Shown: positions 11,901 to 22,800 of the stretch, in pieces | Layout of the letters: every line of letters starts with the position of its first letter | Numbering within the stretch: position 1 is the first letter of the stretch | Source of the DNA: Klebsormidium nitens | Lineage: Eukaryota > Plantae > Klebsormidiophyceae | Reading direction: 5' to 3' | DNA length: 52,171 bases | Assembly (NCBI GenBank): GCA_000708835.1 | Contig: DF237553.1 | Span: 1 to 52,171, forward strand | Notes under the pieces: model-generated | The model's input: the letters and a program-made list of their open reading frames with translations, nothing else | What the model was told of the DNA's origin: nothing | The model's database searches: none | Program-made: the position numbers and the translations under genes

Positions 11901-13527
11901 ACTGTGCATCTGCGGCACAGGACATCATCCACTGCCACGACTGGTCGTCCGCTCCCGCTGCGTGGATGTACTGGGACCTGTACCATGCCAACGGCATGCC
12001 CAACCCGCGCGTCGTGTTCACCATCCACAACCTCGAGTTTGGCGTGCCCCAGATCGGCCGCGCCATGGCCGCCGCCAACAAGGCGACCACCGTGAGCACC
12101 ACTGCACCCCTCATCCCCTCGCTGTTGTGGCCCGGTTTTCGAGCGAGGGCCAGTCGAACTTTTGCACGCCAGGCGCTCATTTTCGAGACAAGGTACGAAA
12201 AGGACCTTCGTTGAGAATTCTTTGCTGACCGCCACCCTCCGCTTAAGTCGCTGCCCCCGCTTTGCTGCGCAGGTGTCTCCGACGTACGCCAGGGAGGTGT
12301 CGGGCCACGGCGCCATCGCCCCCCACGTCGGCAAGTTCCACGGCATCCGCAACGGCATCGACGCCGACATCTGGGACCCGCTCGGCGACGACTTCCTGCC
12401 CGTGAGTGCCGCGCACCACCCAGCACGACCGCACTGAGATACTCTGCTCGAGCCACAATCAGTTTGATAGAGTATGCGGCAGCCAATCAGGGCGCCGCGA
12501 TTGCCTCCCATTTCCTGGGCCGCCTCAATGCTTGTGACGGCTCCTGTCTTCTCTAAGCCCCCGGTATTCAATTTTGTCATCGCTGCTAACGCGCGCACCT
12601 CCGCTTGCGCTGCAGTTGCCGTACAGCCCTGAGGAGGTGGTGGCGGGCAAGGCGGCGGCGAAGGCGGAGCTGCAGCGGCGGCTGGGCCTGGTGGAGGACG
12701 CGGGGCGGCCGGTGGTGGGGTTCATCACGCGGCTGACCGCGCAGAAGGGCATCCACCTGATCAAGCACGCCCTCTGGCGCAGCCTGGAGCGCGGCGCGCA
12801 GGTCGTCCTGCTCGGCAGCGCGCCCGACTCGCGCGTGCACAACGAGTTCGCGGGGCTGGCCAACCAGCTGCAGGCGCGCTTCGGCGGCCACGCGCGGCTC
12901 TGGCTCGGCTACGACGAGCCGCTGAGCCACCTCATCTACGCGGGCAGCGACGTCATCTGCGTGCCGTCCATGTTCGAGCCGTGCGGGCTGACGCAGATGA
13001 CGGCCATGCGCTACGGGGCAGTGCCAGTCGTGCGCAAGTGAGCCGCGTCAACTCAACTCTGAGCCGGCCTGTTTGGATGTGCCCAACTTGAAGTGGAGAA
13101 ATCAAGCCTGCAACTGAAACAGTGTTCTTAAACTCGTGTATGACGCAGCGTGCCACTCTCGAACACTAGACATCATCTTTTCGACGGCAGGCTGTTCTGG
13201 CCTACAGCTGGAACGGGCCCTCAAAGCACCGCGGCCAGAACGCCCTTGCCTGTGTGTCCTCGCAGGACGGGGGGCCTGGCCGACACCGTGTTCGACCTGG
13301 ACCACGACCGCGAGCGTGCAGGGCGCGAGGGGTTGCAGCCCAACGGGTACTCCTTCGAGGGCACCGACGCGTCAGCGGTGGACTACGCCATCAACCGCGC
13401 GCTGGACCACTGGTACAACGACCGGGCGTCGTGGAACACCCTGGCGCGCACTGTCATGGAGCAGGACTGGAGCTGGAACCGGCCTGCGCTCGACTACCTC
13501 GAGCTATACTATGGCGCACGGAAGTAG
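5921..13527 (+). CDS. SS3: Soluble starch synthase III: transit peptide, acidic low-complexity region, three CBM53 starch-binding domains with coiled-coil spacers, GT5 catalytic domain
   Basis: Transit-like first exon MMAHSLLCTGVAPLQAAAV (5921-6088). Three repeats of the type FFxxPxxxxAG...GxFNxW...VPxxAYxLDxVF...YDNN. GT5 motifs HIALEMAPIAK|VGGLGDVVTSL, DIIHCHDWSSA, VFTIHNLEFG, NGIDADIWDP, GFITRLTAQKGIHLIKHA, PSMFEPCGLTQMTAMRYG, KTGGLADTVFD, EQDWSWNRPALDYLELY. All introns checked are GT-AG. Confidence 0.96.
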
Positions 13528-15587
13528 GACGGAAACACATGTAAAGCAGACAGTACCAAGCCCTATGACCACCGTGTCGTGGAAGATCTGGTCTGGCGAA
13601 GGGAAGCAGTGTTTGAGGGTTTCCACACGCGAGTGTTTCTGGTATCTCGCGTCACGTAGCGACTTTGATACCGTCCCAGCTTGTCAACTGATTTGATTAC
13701 CTCACTGCATCCAGGGACTTCCCTTCCGTGGCTGTGCACAGCACTGTAGGGACGTCCATCCATCCTGTCAATCCACATTCGAAGTCCGAGTCAGTGAACT
13801 AGGTTTAGCGTCGACAAGCAATCGTCAACTTAGCAGGCTTGGGGCAGCATTTGCGAGGCGCCTCCATTTGAAAATGGAGGGAGCACAGGTTCACCTGACA
13901 ATTGCATGCCAATGGAAGCCTTTTGTATTATCGATCAATTTAGGCACGGGCGAATACCAGAGGATTGGAACTGGATCATTCGACTCAGCCCTATGGTCAG
14001 AAGCAAAGTTGAGTCCTGGTGCGCGACTCAGTCAGTGACTTTGTGTAGCACGTACATACGAGACAACGTGCTCTTTGGTGCCAGCTACTGATGATCAAGC
14101 TGCATTCCCTGATTGCATGATTGCTGCTTTTATCAGTGAACCCGATAAATCGGCCCGCTCGGCGACCCTATCAAAGTTCCAAGTCTAGGGTCGCAACAAG
14201 GTCGATCGTGATGATCCGATGCACATCCATGTTTGTCGTCAGGACCTGATTGCGCGGCTGCACGTTACTTAGTAGCTCACCGTATGTGCATGTACGTGCT
14301 CACATGATCATATGCGCGCAATGCATAGCAGAGTATATAGAGTGCAGCTTGTACTAATCGTTCATTCGCAGCGCTATAGTCGTCTAGTCACGTCTTGATT
14401 GCATGACTGAACAAGAACTTTGGAACAATCCCAAAGAAGTTCAGGTGCTGGTACTTTCCATCCATTTTCCAGTGGTAATGTACATCCGATCGCTGAGCAG
14501 CTTTTGTGTTATAGGAAAATACATTTCTAGTACGATCTGCGGTGTATACGTACTAAAGAGAAGTTGGAATTGGAGTACACATGTTGAATTGCATGCACTT
14601 GAAGCATGACGGTTAATTCGATCGAGAAAAACACACCACAATGATATGTGTGCCATGAGAAGCCTAAGCTAGCTACTATTGCATGGCCTCTTTGCAATTA
14701 CCGTATACATGATGGCTGCGGCGAAAATCCAGTAGATGCTGGCGCCGCGGACTGATTGAACTTATACTCAAAACATGCATCTCTTGAGTTCAATCATGGT
14801 TCGCGGCGCGCCGCAAAGACTCGTCGGACCTGTACCAAGTTAGAAATGATTCTAGCTAGCGCGCCAGCTTAGTATAGCTCATACTATAGGACTTACTCAT
14901 ATCAAAGCATAGTACATCAGATATGCTATATAGCTCGTATATGTATAACGGGATGTGTCAAATTCTCCATCGAGTCTAGCTAGAGCCATGTTTAATCGTC
15001 AATGGCCCGGCATCGGCGGCATGGCCCCGCGCGCCGTTGTAGTGCAGATTTTCCAGTACATCCAGTGAATTGGCATCGGGTCACTGATATATGGACGCGC
15101 ATTCAACCTCAAGTATTTGCATGCCGATGTCACATGTCGCGAAACATGGTATCTATGCGCGATTTGCCGACCGTAAAGTACACTGCATGGCTTGTCACTG
15201 AGTTGCATGGCAACTCGAACTAAGTGACTTACTTAGTAGGCCTTTATGTGCCATGGCATTTATGAATAGTTTTTAATGCTAGTACATACGTGTACGAAAG
15301 CCTGGTCATTATTGCGTATGATATCTCTATGATCTGCATCCAGTAGCATTCACCAACTTCGGTACGTTGGGCTAGCCTTACAAGGGGTGATGAAGATTGC
15401 AACAAATAGAGAGTCACCGACATCAGCCTAGCTATGCACAAGATGGCAAATGCATGTGCAGCAGCGGGCCCGTCCTGGGCCCCATAAGCTTTTGACATAA
15501 CCGCAGCTTGATGCATCTCGAAAAAGGTCGATGACTTGGCCGCGGCGCTCCAGATAACGTAGTTCTCTCCGGCTCCTGCTTCAGCCT

Positions 15588-18500
15588 CTACTTCTCGAAC
15601 ATGCCCTTCTTGACCCAGCCGGGGGCCAGCACCTTCTTGCCCCGCGCGAAGCTCCAGCGCAGCGCCAGGTCCGCTTCCCGCAGGACCAGCACGTCCCCCG
15701 GCAGCCCCGCCTCCACCCGGCCTGCCACCAAGCAGGAGGGGTAAGTGCGGGGAGAGCGCCGATGCTTGTCAACGTGCGAGCGGAAAGCTCGGTGGTTCCG
15801 GTCGACCCTTCTTGAGCAAACAGGCTGCCTGTGAGCGGCGACGCAACAAAGGGAGCGCAGCAGGCACTATAGTCCACCACGAGAAGTTGTCTTGCCCCGC
15901 TGCACAGCCGCTGGTCCAATTGTGCGATCCCTCAGTCAGACACGGAGATCGCAGCGCCAACTCAATCAGTATGGCGGCCTCGAGGGCGGGCAAGCGCTCG
16001 TCCCCGTAGGTGCACCCCGCGGTCACTAGGTGGACTTCAGTGTAGAAGCAAGTGTATGACCGTGTCAAGCCATCACGTGCAAACAAGAGATAGGATGGCG
16101 CCGTCACCTGCGGCGAGCAGGCCGAGGAAGTGGGCGGGGTTGCGGGTCACGAGCTGCAGCGCGGTGGGGAAGGCCCACCCGTGCGCGAGCACCAGGGCGC
16201 GCACCGTGGCCAGCAGCGATGCCGGCGAGAAGGCGCCGTAGCGCACCAGCCGACCCGCGCTGTCGTACTGCGGCAAGTCGACGGGAAGGGTCGACAAGCC
16301 CAGACCACAATTCTGCTACGTGCAATTGATCTGGAAAGAGAACACAGCCTCTCGACCGATCGCAATGGTACTTTTGACAATATCCAGGCATGATCATCAG
16401 CGCTGGCGAGGCACACGGAAGCGCTTTGGATGGGGCGAAGAAGCCTTTCAAGAGGAAGGCGGGCAGCGGGTCGTACTTCGGGGAGCGAGCCAAAGGCGTC
16501 GGACGAAAGGGAGACACCCGAGAGCGGCACCCCGACGCGCCGCCACTCCAACAACGCCGCTACAGACGCATTCTCGCCCGCCTGCACCAGAAATGCACCA
16601 AGCGGTCAATACCAGAGACGCATACGCCTGCATGGTCAGCGACCAGATACAGGCCCCGCAAGATCTGCCCCAAGCTGCTCCTATGCCGAGCCGGCCTGCT
16701 TTCTCCAGCCAGATGTTGAGACCAAAGGGCTTTCCTTTGTGCCTTGACATTTTCAATTTTTCGTTTGACTATTACAACAGATTTAGCTCAGAGCACGGCC
16801 GTTTCGGGAGTGCATCAGAGAACCCCAGCGAACCTCGCTGATCGTTTGTCTTTCTGGCCCACCTGGTCAGCCGTGAAGTCGACGTGGCCCCCCTGGCGTA
16901 CCCAGCGCGCTGCATCGGCCAGCAAAGCGGGCCCGCGCAACGAAACGTGGGTGGGCAGCAGGTGCGTCATCGGGAGCGCACCGCCGGTCGCGTTCACCAC
17001 CGCCCACAGCGGGCCCAGCAACGACGGCGCCTGCAGGGCCAAGGGAAGGCGGCATCAGGAGCTGCCAGTAAACCAAATGACTGCCAACAAAGCAAGCATG
17101 GGCCTTAGGGACGGGGCGAAACGCCCTGGTGTTAGCGACAAAGTAGACTGATGGCCTCATAGCGCTCCTAAGACACAGGTCGCCCACCAAAGGTCCACAT
17201 GACTCTTTTCTTTCGAATCAGACACGAGGGTGGTCTTGGACACCAGTCAATTGAGAGGGCTCCCCAGCGTACATGGGTGGAGCGGCGGCGCGGCGCCCCG
17301 ACGTACATCGCCGACATGCAGGTGCAGCACGCCGCGCTTGCCAATCAGCATGCCGCCCACGCGGGCGTCTGCCGCCAGGCTCAGCAGCTCCGCTGTGGAC
17401 GGCCAGCTGCTGCGGTGGTCGCTCACCGCCACCTCGCCCGCGCCCACCACCTGTGCGGAGCAACCGAGAGAACGCTTCAGAAACGATGACAACGACTGCA
17501 CCACGAGCTTCAAGGTGAAAATGTGGCGTGGCTGCTTCGACGGGAAGGCAAGGGGTTTAGTTGCGGACACTGTGCGTCCGGGTTGGACGGCCTGCATTGG
17601 AGCTCAAAGCTTCTAGCTTGCCTATGGCGGCGATTGAATTGATCCAAGCCCAGCCATCAGTGGACCAGGTGGCATGCTTGCCTGGTCCACAAGGGTCATG
17701 TCCCGCACGAGGGAGCCGGTGAGGGTGGGCGACGGCACGCGGTAGCAGCCGACCCACATGTGCGCGTGCAGGCCATCCGCCTCCAGGGCAGCCACCTGCG
17801 GGAGCATGGTTGAAAATAGAGGGAAGTCGAGTTTGTTGCCTGGGAAATTTTCAAACAAATTGGGCTCTCACAATCGAGTAAACACAGCGTCAACAAGATT
17901 GCGCAGCACGGCGATTTTATTGACCAAGAAGGTACCGAGCTCATTTTCACCCCGACAAACGATAGCCATGCAAGTCCCATAGCCCTACCTTGGCGCGCAG
18001 GTTCTCCAGGCTGCGGCTGACGCAGTCGGTGCCCAGAGTACCCACCACTGTGGTCACGCCCGCCGCGATGATCTCAGAGAGCTGGGCCTCCGGCTGCAGA
18101 TCAACGTAGACGACACGGGTTGGAAACAAGATATTTATCCTCGAAGAACCTGGTACGAAAAACTGAGTTAGCCATCTCAGGTCAGGAGGCATATCAGTCT
18201 ATAGGCCCCGCTTTCTGCTTCGCCTTCCAACCCTCCCTCTCGTGGGAGTTGGAGACCATTCGTAAAACATCAATGCATCACCGCTGCGTCATTTCATTGT
18301 TTCACCAGGTTCTAGTGACCAGGCTGTTTTAGACACAACGACAAGTCCGCTAAGGTTGGAAATTCTGGTGGTTGAAGAGCCCTCACCGTCCTGCTTGCGG
18401 GTCCTGCTTCTCCGCCCCCGCCTGTGATGTGCTCGTGGATGTCCACAAATCCAGGCACTACCACATGTCCCGCAGCGTCAATCACCTGGGGGGGGGGTAG

Positions 18501-19486
18501 GACACAGACCTCAGGCTGCCAATAAAAGCAGTCAGATCTGACCCGCCATTGCAGAAGCTCCCGACTTGCAAGTCACCGGCACTAGAGTTCTTGACCGGCA
18601 AGCAGTCAACACACTCTGGGACCACTTTCCCCAGATATAAGCTGGAATACGGATTGGCATAATAGATCCGGCCAGATGCTGACAGGGTGAGCTTTTGCCA
18701 CAGTGGCCTAAGTGGGTGGCATAGTTGAGCGCTGCACTGCTGTCCCCTTTGACTAGACCCTCTACAGAGCAGCTTTTAGGGGCGCCTACCAGTGTCCATC
18801 ATGAGAGGCTCACCTCGATTGGCAGGCCAGAGAAGTTAGCGGCGGGCATGTCTTGCGGGTCTAGGATCGCTGCAATCATGCCCCCCGCCAGAAGCACATC
18901 TTGACACCCTTCACACAACAAACAGTCAGGTCAGGGAGCAGGGAATGGCACCTGCTCCACCACTGTTGGAGCGCTACAAGCTGCAGTGAGGGTCATCAGG
19001 GAGGGGCATGGAGCACAGCGCAGGTCCACACTTGACAGCAGCATCCTCAAAAGTAAAGGACCTGTAGCAAGACACCCCTGAAAAGATGCCAGATGAAACC
19101 AGGATACCAGCAGCTGCACATATGTGTATTGCAAGATTTCTTGATGCAGTCTTACATACCAGGGGCTCGGGGGTGAAGACCTTTCCATTGATCAGCAATG
19201 TCATGGTAGGAGGAGTCTGAGTATCATGCTTTGGCGCAGCTTTGCTCAGATGACTGTCAAGGGCTGCGTCACATGTGGCAGCTCCTTGGCCTCCTTGCAA
19301 GCACTGATCAGCGGCAGCCCCGCTATGCGCGTCTACCTCTAGAGTGTGAGCACTATGCATAGCCCAGATTTGGAGCATCGCTGAGACGACAAAGAAGTAC
19401 AGAACAAACTGCATTTTGCGGGGTGACCGCAGCATTGTAAAATGCGATAGAATCTTGTCCTCTGATGCAAGAGCTTTAAGGCTCAT
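15588..19486 (-). CDS. iadA: Isoaspartyl dipeptidase (beta-aspartyl peptidase, IadA; amidohydrolase superfamily) with an N-terminal hydrophobic extension
   Basis: The spliced exons give TLLINGKVFTPE...PGFVDIHEHITGGGGEAGPASRTPEAQLSEIIAAGVTTVVGTLGTD...GCYRVPSPTLTGS...GEVAVSDHRSS...ARVGGMLIGKRGVLHLHVG...LLPTHV...GGHVDFT...VSLSSDAFGSLP...NPAHFLGL...KKGMFEK*. This is colinear with my recollection of E. coli IadA (GFIDQHVHLIGGGGEAGP, SDHRS, LLPTHV, LSSDGNGS, KGTFE). The start could be ATG 19486, 19435 or 19414. Confidence 0.9.
17451..17681 (-). other. Predicted GC-AG intron in iadA
   Basis: The exon ends GACCAG|GCAAGC and the next starts cacag|GTGGTGGGC. This phase-0 join restores DQ-VVGAGE as in IadA; I found no suitable nearby GT donor. 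Confidence 0.75.
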
Positions 19487-19849
19487 CACACGCCTGACTA
19501 GTTGAAAAAAGGCGTTGCTGGTGATAATCGCCGGCCCGGCCCCTGCAGCCTAAAAAGCTGCTTGCACCCACGTCTTGTAATCTGTTCTGGCCGATCTACG
19601 CAGGACCTGCCACTTCAAAAACGAGCGGTTCCATCTTTGGGCATTGGCCGCATTAATTGTGATTGACCTTGTGTGCAAGTTTGCCCAGAACTTGAGAGCT
19701 CAAGATAGCAATGGCCGCCATGCACGCCGCCGCCATGCACAGGCTCGGAATTGCAGTGCCTGCCCGCAGAGCCGGCCGCGTGACACCGCCGCCGCAGGGT
19801 TTGAAGGGTTGGCTTGATTTTCATCAATGGTAGCCGTGCGATCTCGCAG

Positions 19850-22800
19850 ATCGACGGTCGAAGTGGACACGCATCGTCTGCAAGCGGCCTTGAGGGCCGT
19901 CAACGGCCAGCGACCTATTTCGAAGACTTTCGCAGCACGCAGGGGCGGCGCCAGAACCTTCGACATCTTGCACACTCCTACTGTAAAGACGACCTGAGGC
20001 CTTATCATAAGACGCAAGTGGTGCGCCCTGTGCTGCGTCTCAGAAGACCCCACTTTAGCGCGCTAGCCTTTGCTCTTCTGCTCTGACTTGAGGCACTGCA
20101 CCGCCTGCAGACCACAATTGACGGCATTGGAGCATTGCTTCTACGCTGCGCCTCCAGAACCAGGGCAGCATTTGGACACACCTTGACAGAGTTGCCACGT
20201 CGGTTTGTTGACTTTCAGAAGAGCAAGCGGCGCAGTTGCTTCAGTTGCATGGTTTCTTGTGTGTGGAGAGGCGCGTGCAGCGTTGTGCTCGCCATACGGC
20301 AGTGCTTCGGGCTAGAAGACGTCAACAGGCAGGAGGAAGACAGGCTGGCCGTGATGGATGTGCTGCTGCACAAGGCTCTCAGTCCAAGTAGCAGCACTCC
20401 GAGCCCGCCTCGCGGGAATGCTGAACTACACCACCAGAGACGAACAAAGGAAGGCTCACGGTAAGCCCTGCATGCCATCAAGCCTGAGCCCTTCTGAATC
20501 AGGCTGAAACGAAGCAGGAAGTTCAAGTGATTGTATTCAAAGGATCGTTTTCTGCAATGGTGATGAAGTAAGTGTTTTGGAAGCGTTGCAAGAGCACTTC
20601 AGCACCTTAAACGTTGCATAGAAGTTTCAAAGAAAGAACAGAATTCATTGTGGGTGCGCATGACAGGGTTCCTAGCAAATGGTCTTCACCTTGTAGACAG
20701 CAGTATCTTCTGAAAGTCGACCTTCTTTTGTGGGATTTTGACTACCATGCAACTTTTGACAATAGGGGGGTTTGTAAGAAAGACTGATTGACAACATTTT
20801 GAAAGGGGTTTCAACAACGGCCTTCTGGCCTAGGGGTTAAGTATGATAACAAAACCTTAAAAAAAAAGTGCTTGCTACTACAGAAGGCATCCAGGAGACT
20901 CCCCTTGCCAAAGCCAGCAATCTGGCTTTTGCCATCTGACAGGTGTCAGCGCTGGAGGGTGTTCAATTGAAGTTCATATACAGCTGTCTGGAGGTTGAGA
21001 GGTTCCTTACTCTTTCAAGGCTCCTATACATTAAAGCCTATTAACGAGGGGGGTGTACTAACAAAAAGGTTCAGAGTCATGGTATTGAAGTGCAAGCCTC
21101 TGCCAAAAGATTGCATCTGTTCGTTTGGCAAAGTGGTGCTCAGCATTGGCTGTCCGCTAGACAGCTTCTTGCTCAAGCACAGGTGTCCCTGTCATGAAAA
21201 GGTGTAGAAAGCCGTTGTGAGGAGCCTGGTGCGTCCTGTTCCCGCAGGCCCGCCAGCGCAAGCATGCTGCAGAAGGCTCTTGTCAAGCTGGTGCCCAAGG
21301 CCAAGCCTCCGCCCCCAAGCACCATGGAGACACCGGAAGGCTCGTACTTCGCGCTTCCAGTAAGTGCATACAAGGTCGATAACCCTGCCAAATACATTCA
21401 TAGCGCTGTTGCATAGATAACAACTTTTGCATTATTCTCAGATCCCGAGAGCCTGGGTGTTTGGCTTTGCAAACCTCGTGTCCTGAACCACACATTTCGA
21501 AGATGCACAGGGAGACTCCAGCTGTCTGCTTGTATGTCCTGGGCATTCTGTTGGAAGCTCGTCGATTCGTTGTCATCACCACGCAATACTAACCGTTTCG
21601 CTCATCCAGGTGGCAAAGCTTGTAGCCAGGCCTTCATCGCTTTTCATTCCTGGACTAAGAACCTATGTAAAACTATGCATCTTTTCGAAAGCAAACATGA
21701 ATGCTGACAACTGCAATCACATCCAACGCCAAAACCAAAGAACTTGAAACTGTTTCAGAGTTCCTCTCTTTGCCACCTGTCTGCCGTCCGAAAGATTCCT
21801 TGACATTCTGATCATCCCTAACGTCCCTGTCTCCCAGGCGGCTGACTCCGGGGTTCTCGCCCCCCCGGGCGGTATTCTGCGGCGCAACCCTGGGCTGGAG
21901 AACGCGGTTCCGCAGGCGGGCACGAGCGCGCGGCCGCCCGCGAGCAAGACGCCCGTGCGCAAGCAACTAGAGGAGGCGCTGCGGCACTACGCGCGGCTGC
22001 AGCAGGAGCTGGTGCTGGAGCAGGGGGCGAGGACCAAGCAGGGCGAACAGGTCAGTGACGCACTGGTGAAGGAAGAACTTTATAGGAAGTTATGAACTTG
22101 CTGTTGCACGGGAGAGTGGAGGGCAGCTCGTCATCCTAAATGCTTAAGCGGTTGATTGATTTTCTATTCTTCACTGCTTCCAAAGCTACGTCATTTAAGG
22201 GCCACGTTTTGGTGGTCGAGTGTTTGTTGCTTTTGCGGCAGATGCACATCAAAAGGTCCGCATCGCTCGAATGAGACGTTCATTTTTGATTATCTAGAGA
22301 CGACAGATACAGCCACGATTGCCAGGAATGAGTCATGATTGGCTGGCGGCTCGCAGGTGCGGGTGCTGACCCGCGAAAACGAGGAGCTGCGCCTGAAGGT
22401 GACTACTTTGGAGGGAACGATCACCGGTCTGCACGCGGTAAGCAGTTCACGAGCAATTTGTAGAAACAGATTTCGAACACATTTCGTCATCAAGTGTCAT
22501 TCGTAGAATTTGGCACCGTTCTTCTTGCTCTGATTGGAGTGAAAAGAGGGGGGTGAATGAAATCGACCCTGATCGAGGACTGGGGGCCGTAGCTTAAGAA
22601 AGTGGATCCTTAGGGTCTAAGCTAGACATTGTTGACAAAGACTAAGCTGTTCATACATCTATTTTTGGATTTGCAGGGATACCAGAGCAAGTTGCTCCTC
22701 CTCGAGAACGCGTTGCAAGAGTCGGAGAGCAAGAGAAAAGAGGGTGAGGATGCCAGAACACCAGAAAAGGCAGAATACTTAAAGATGCTTTCAATCACGC

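Noticed and set aside
13861-13880. Hairpin cctccattt-ga-aaatggagg downstream of SS3
   Set aside because: It is only a 9-bp stem with no U-tract, and intrinsic terminators are not expected in nuclear genes; it may be chance.
14403-15516. ORFs 14403-14609, 15002-15223 and 15244-15516
   Set aside because: They have no splice context or codon bias, lie in degenerate palindrome-rich DNA, and show no recognisable homology.
18487-18498. Poly-G run (also poly-T near 46860)
   Set aside because: The poly-G is the poly-C polypyrimidine tract of an iadA acceptor on the minus strand; the poly-T is an ordinary intronic homopolymer.
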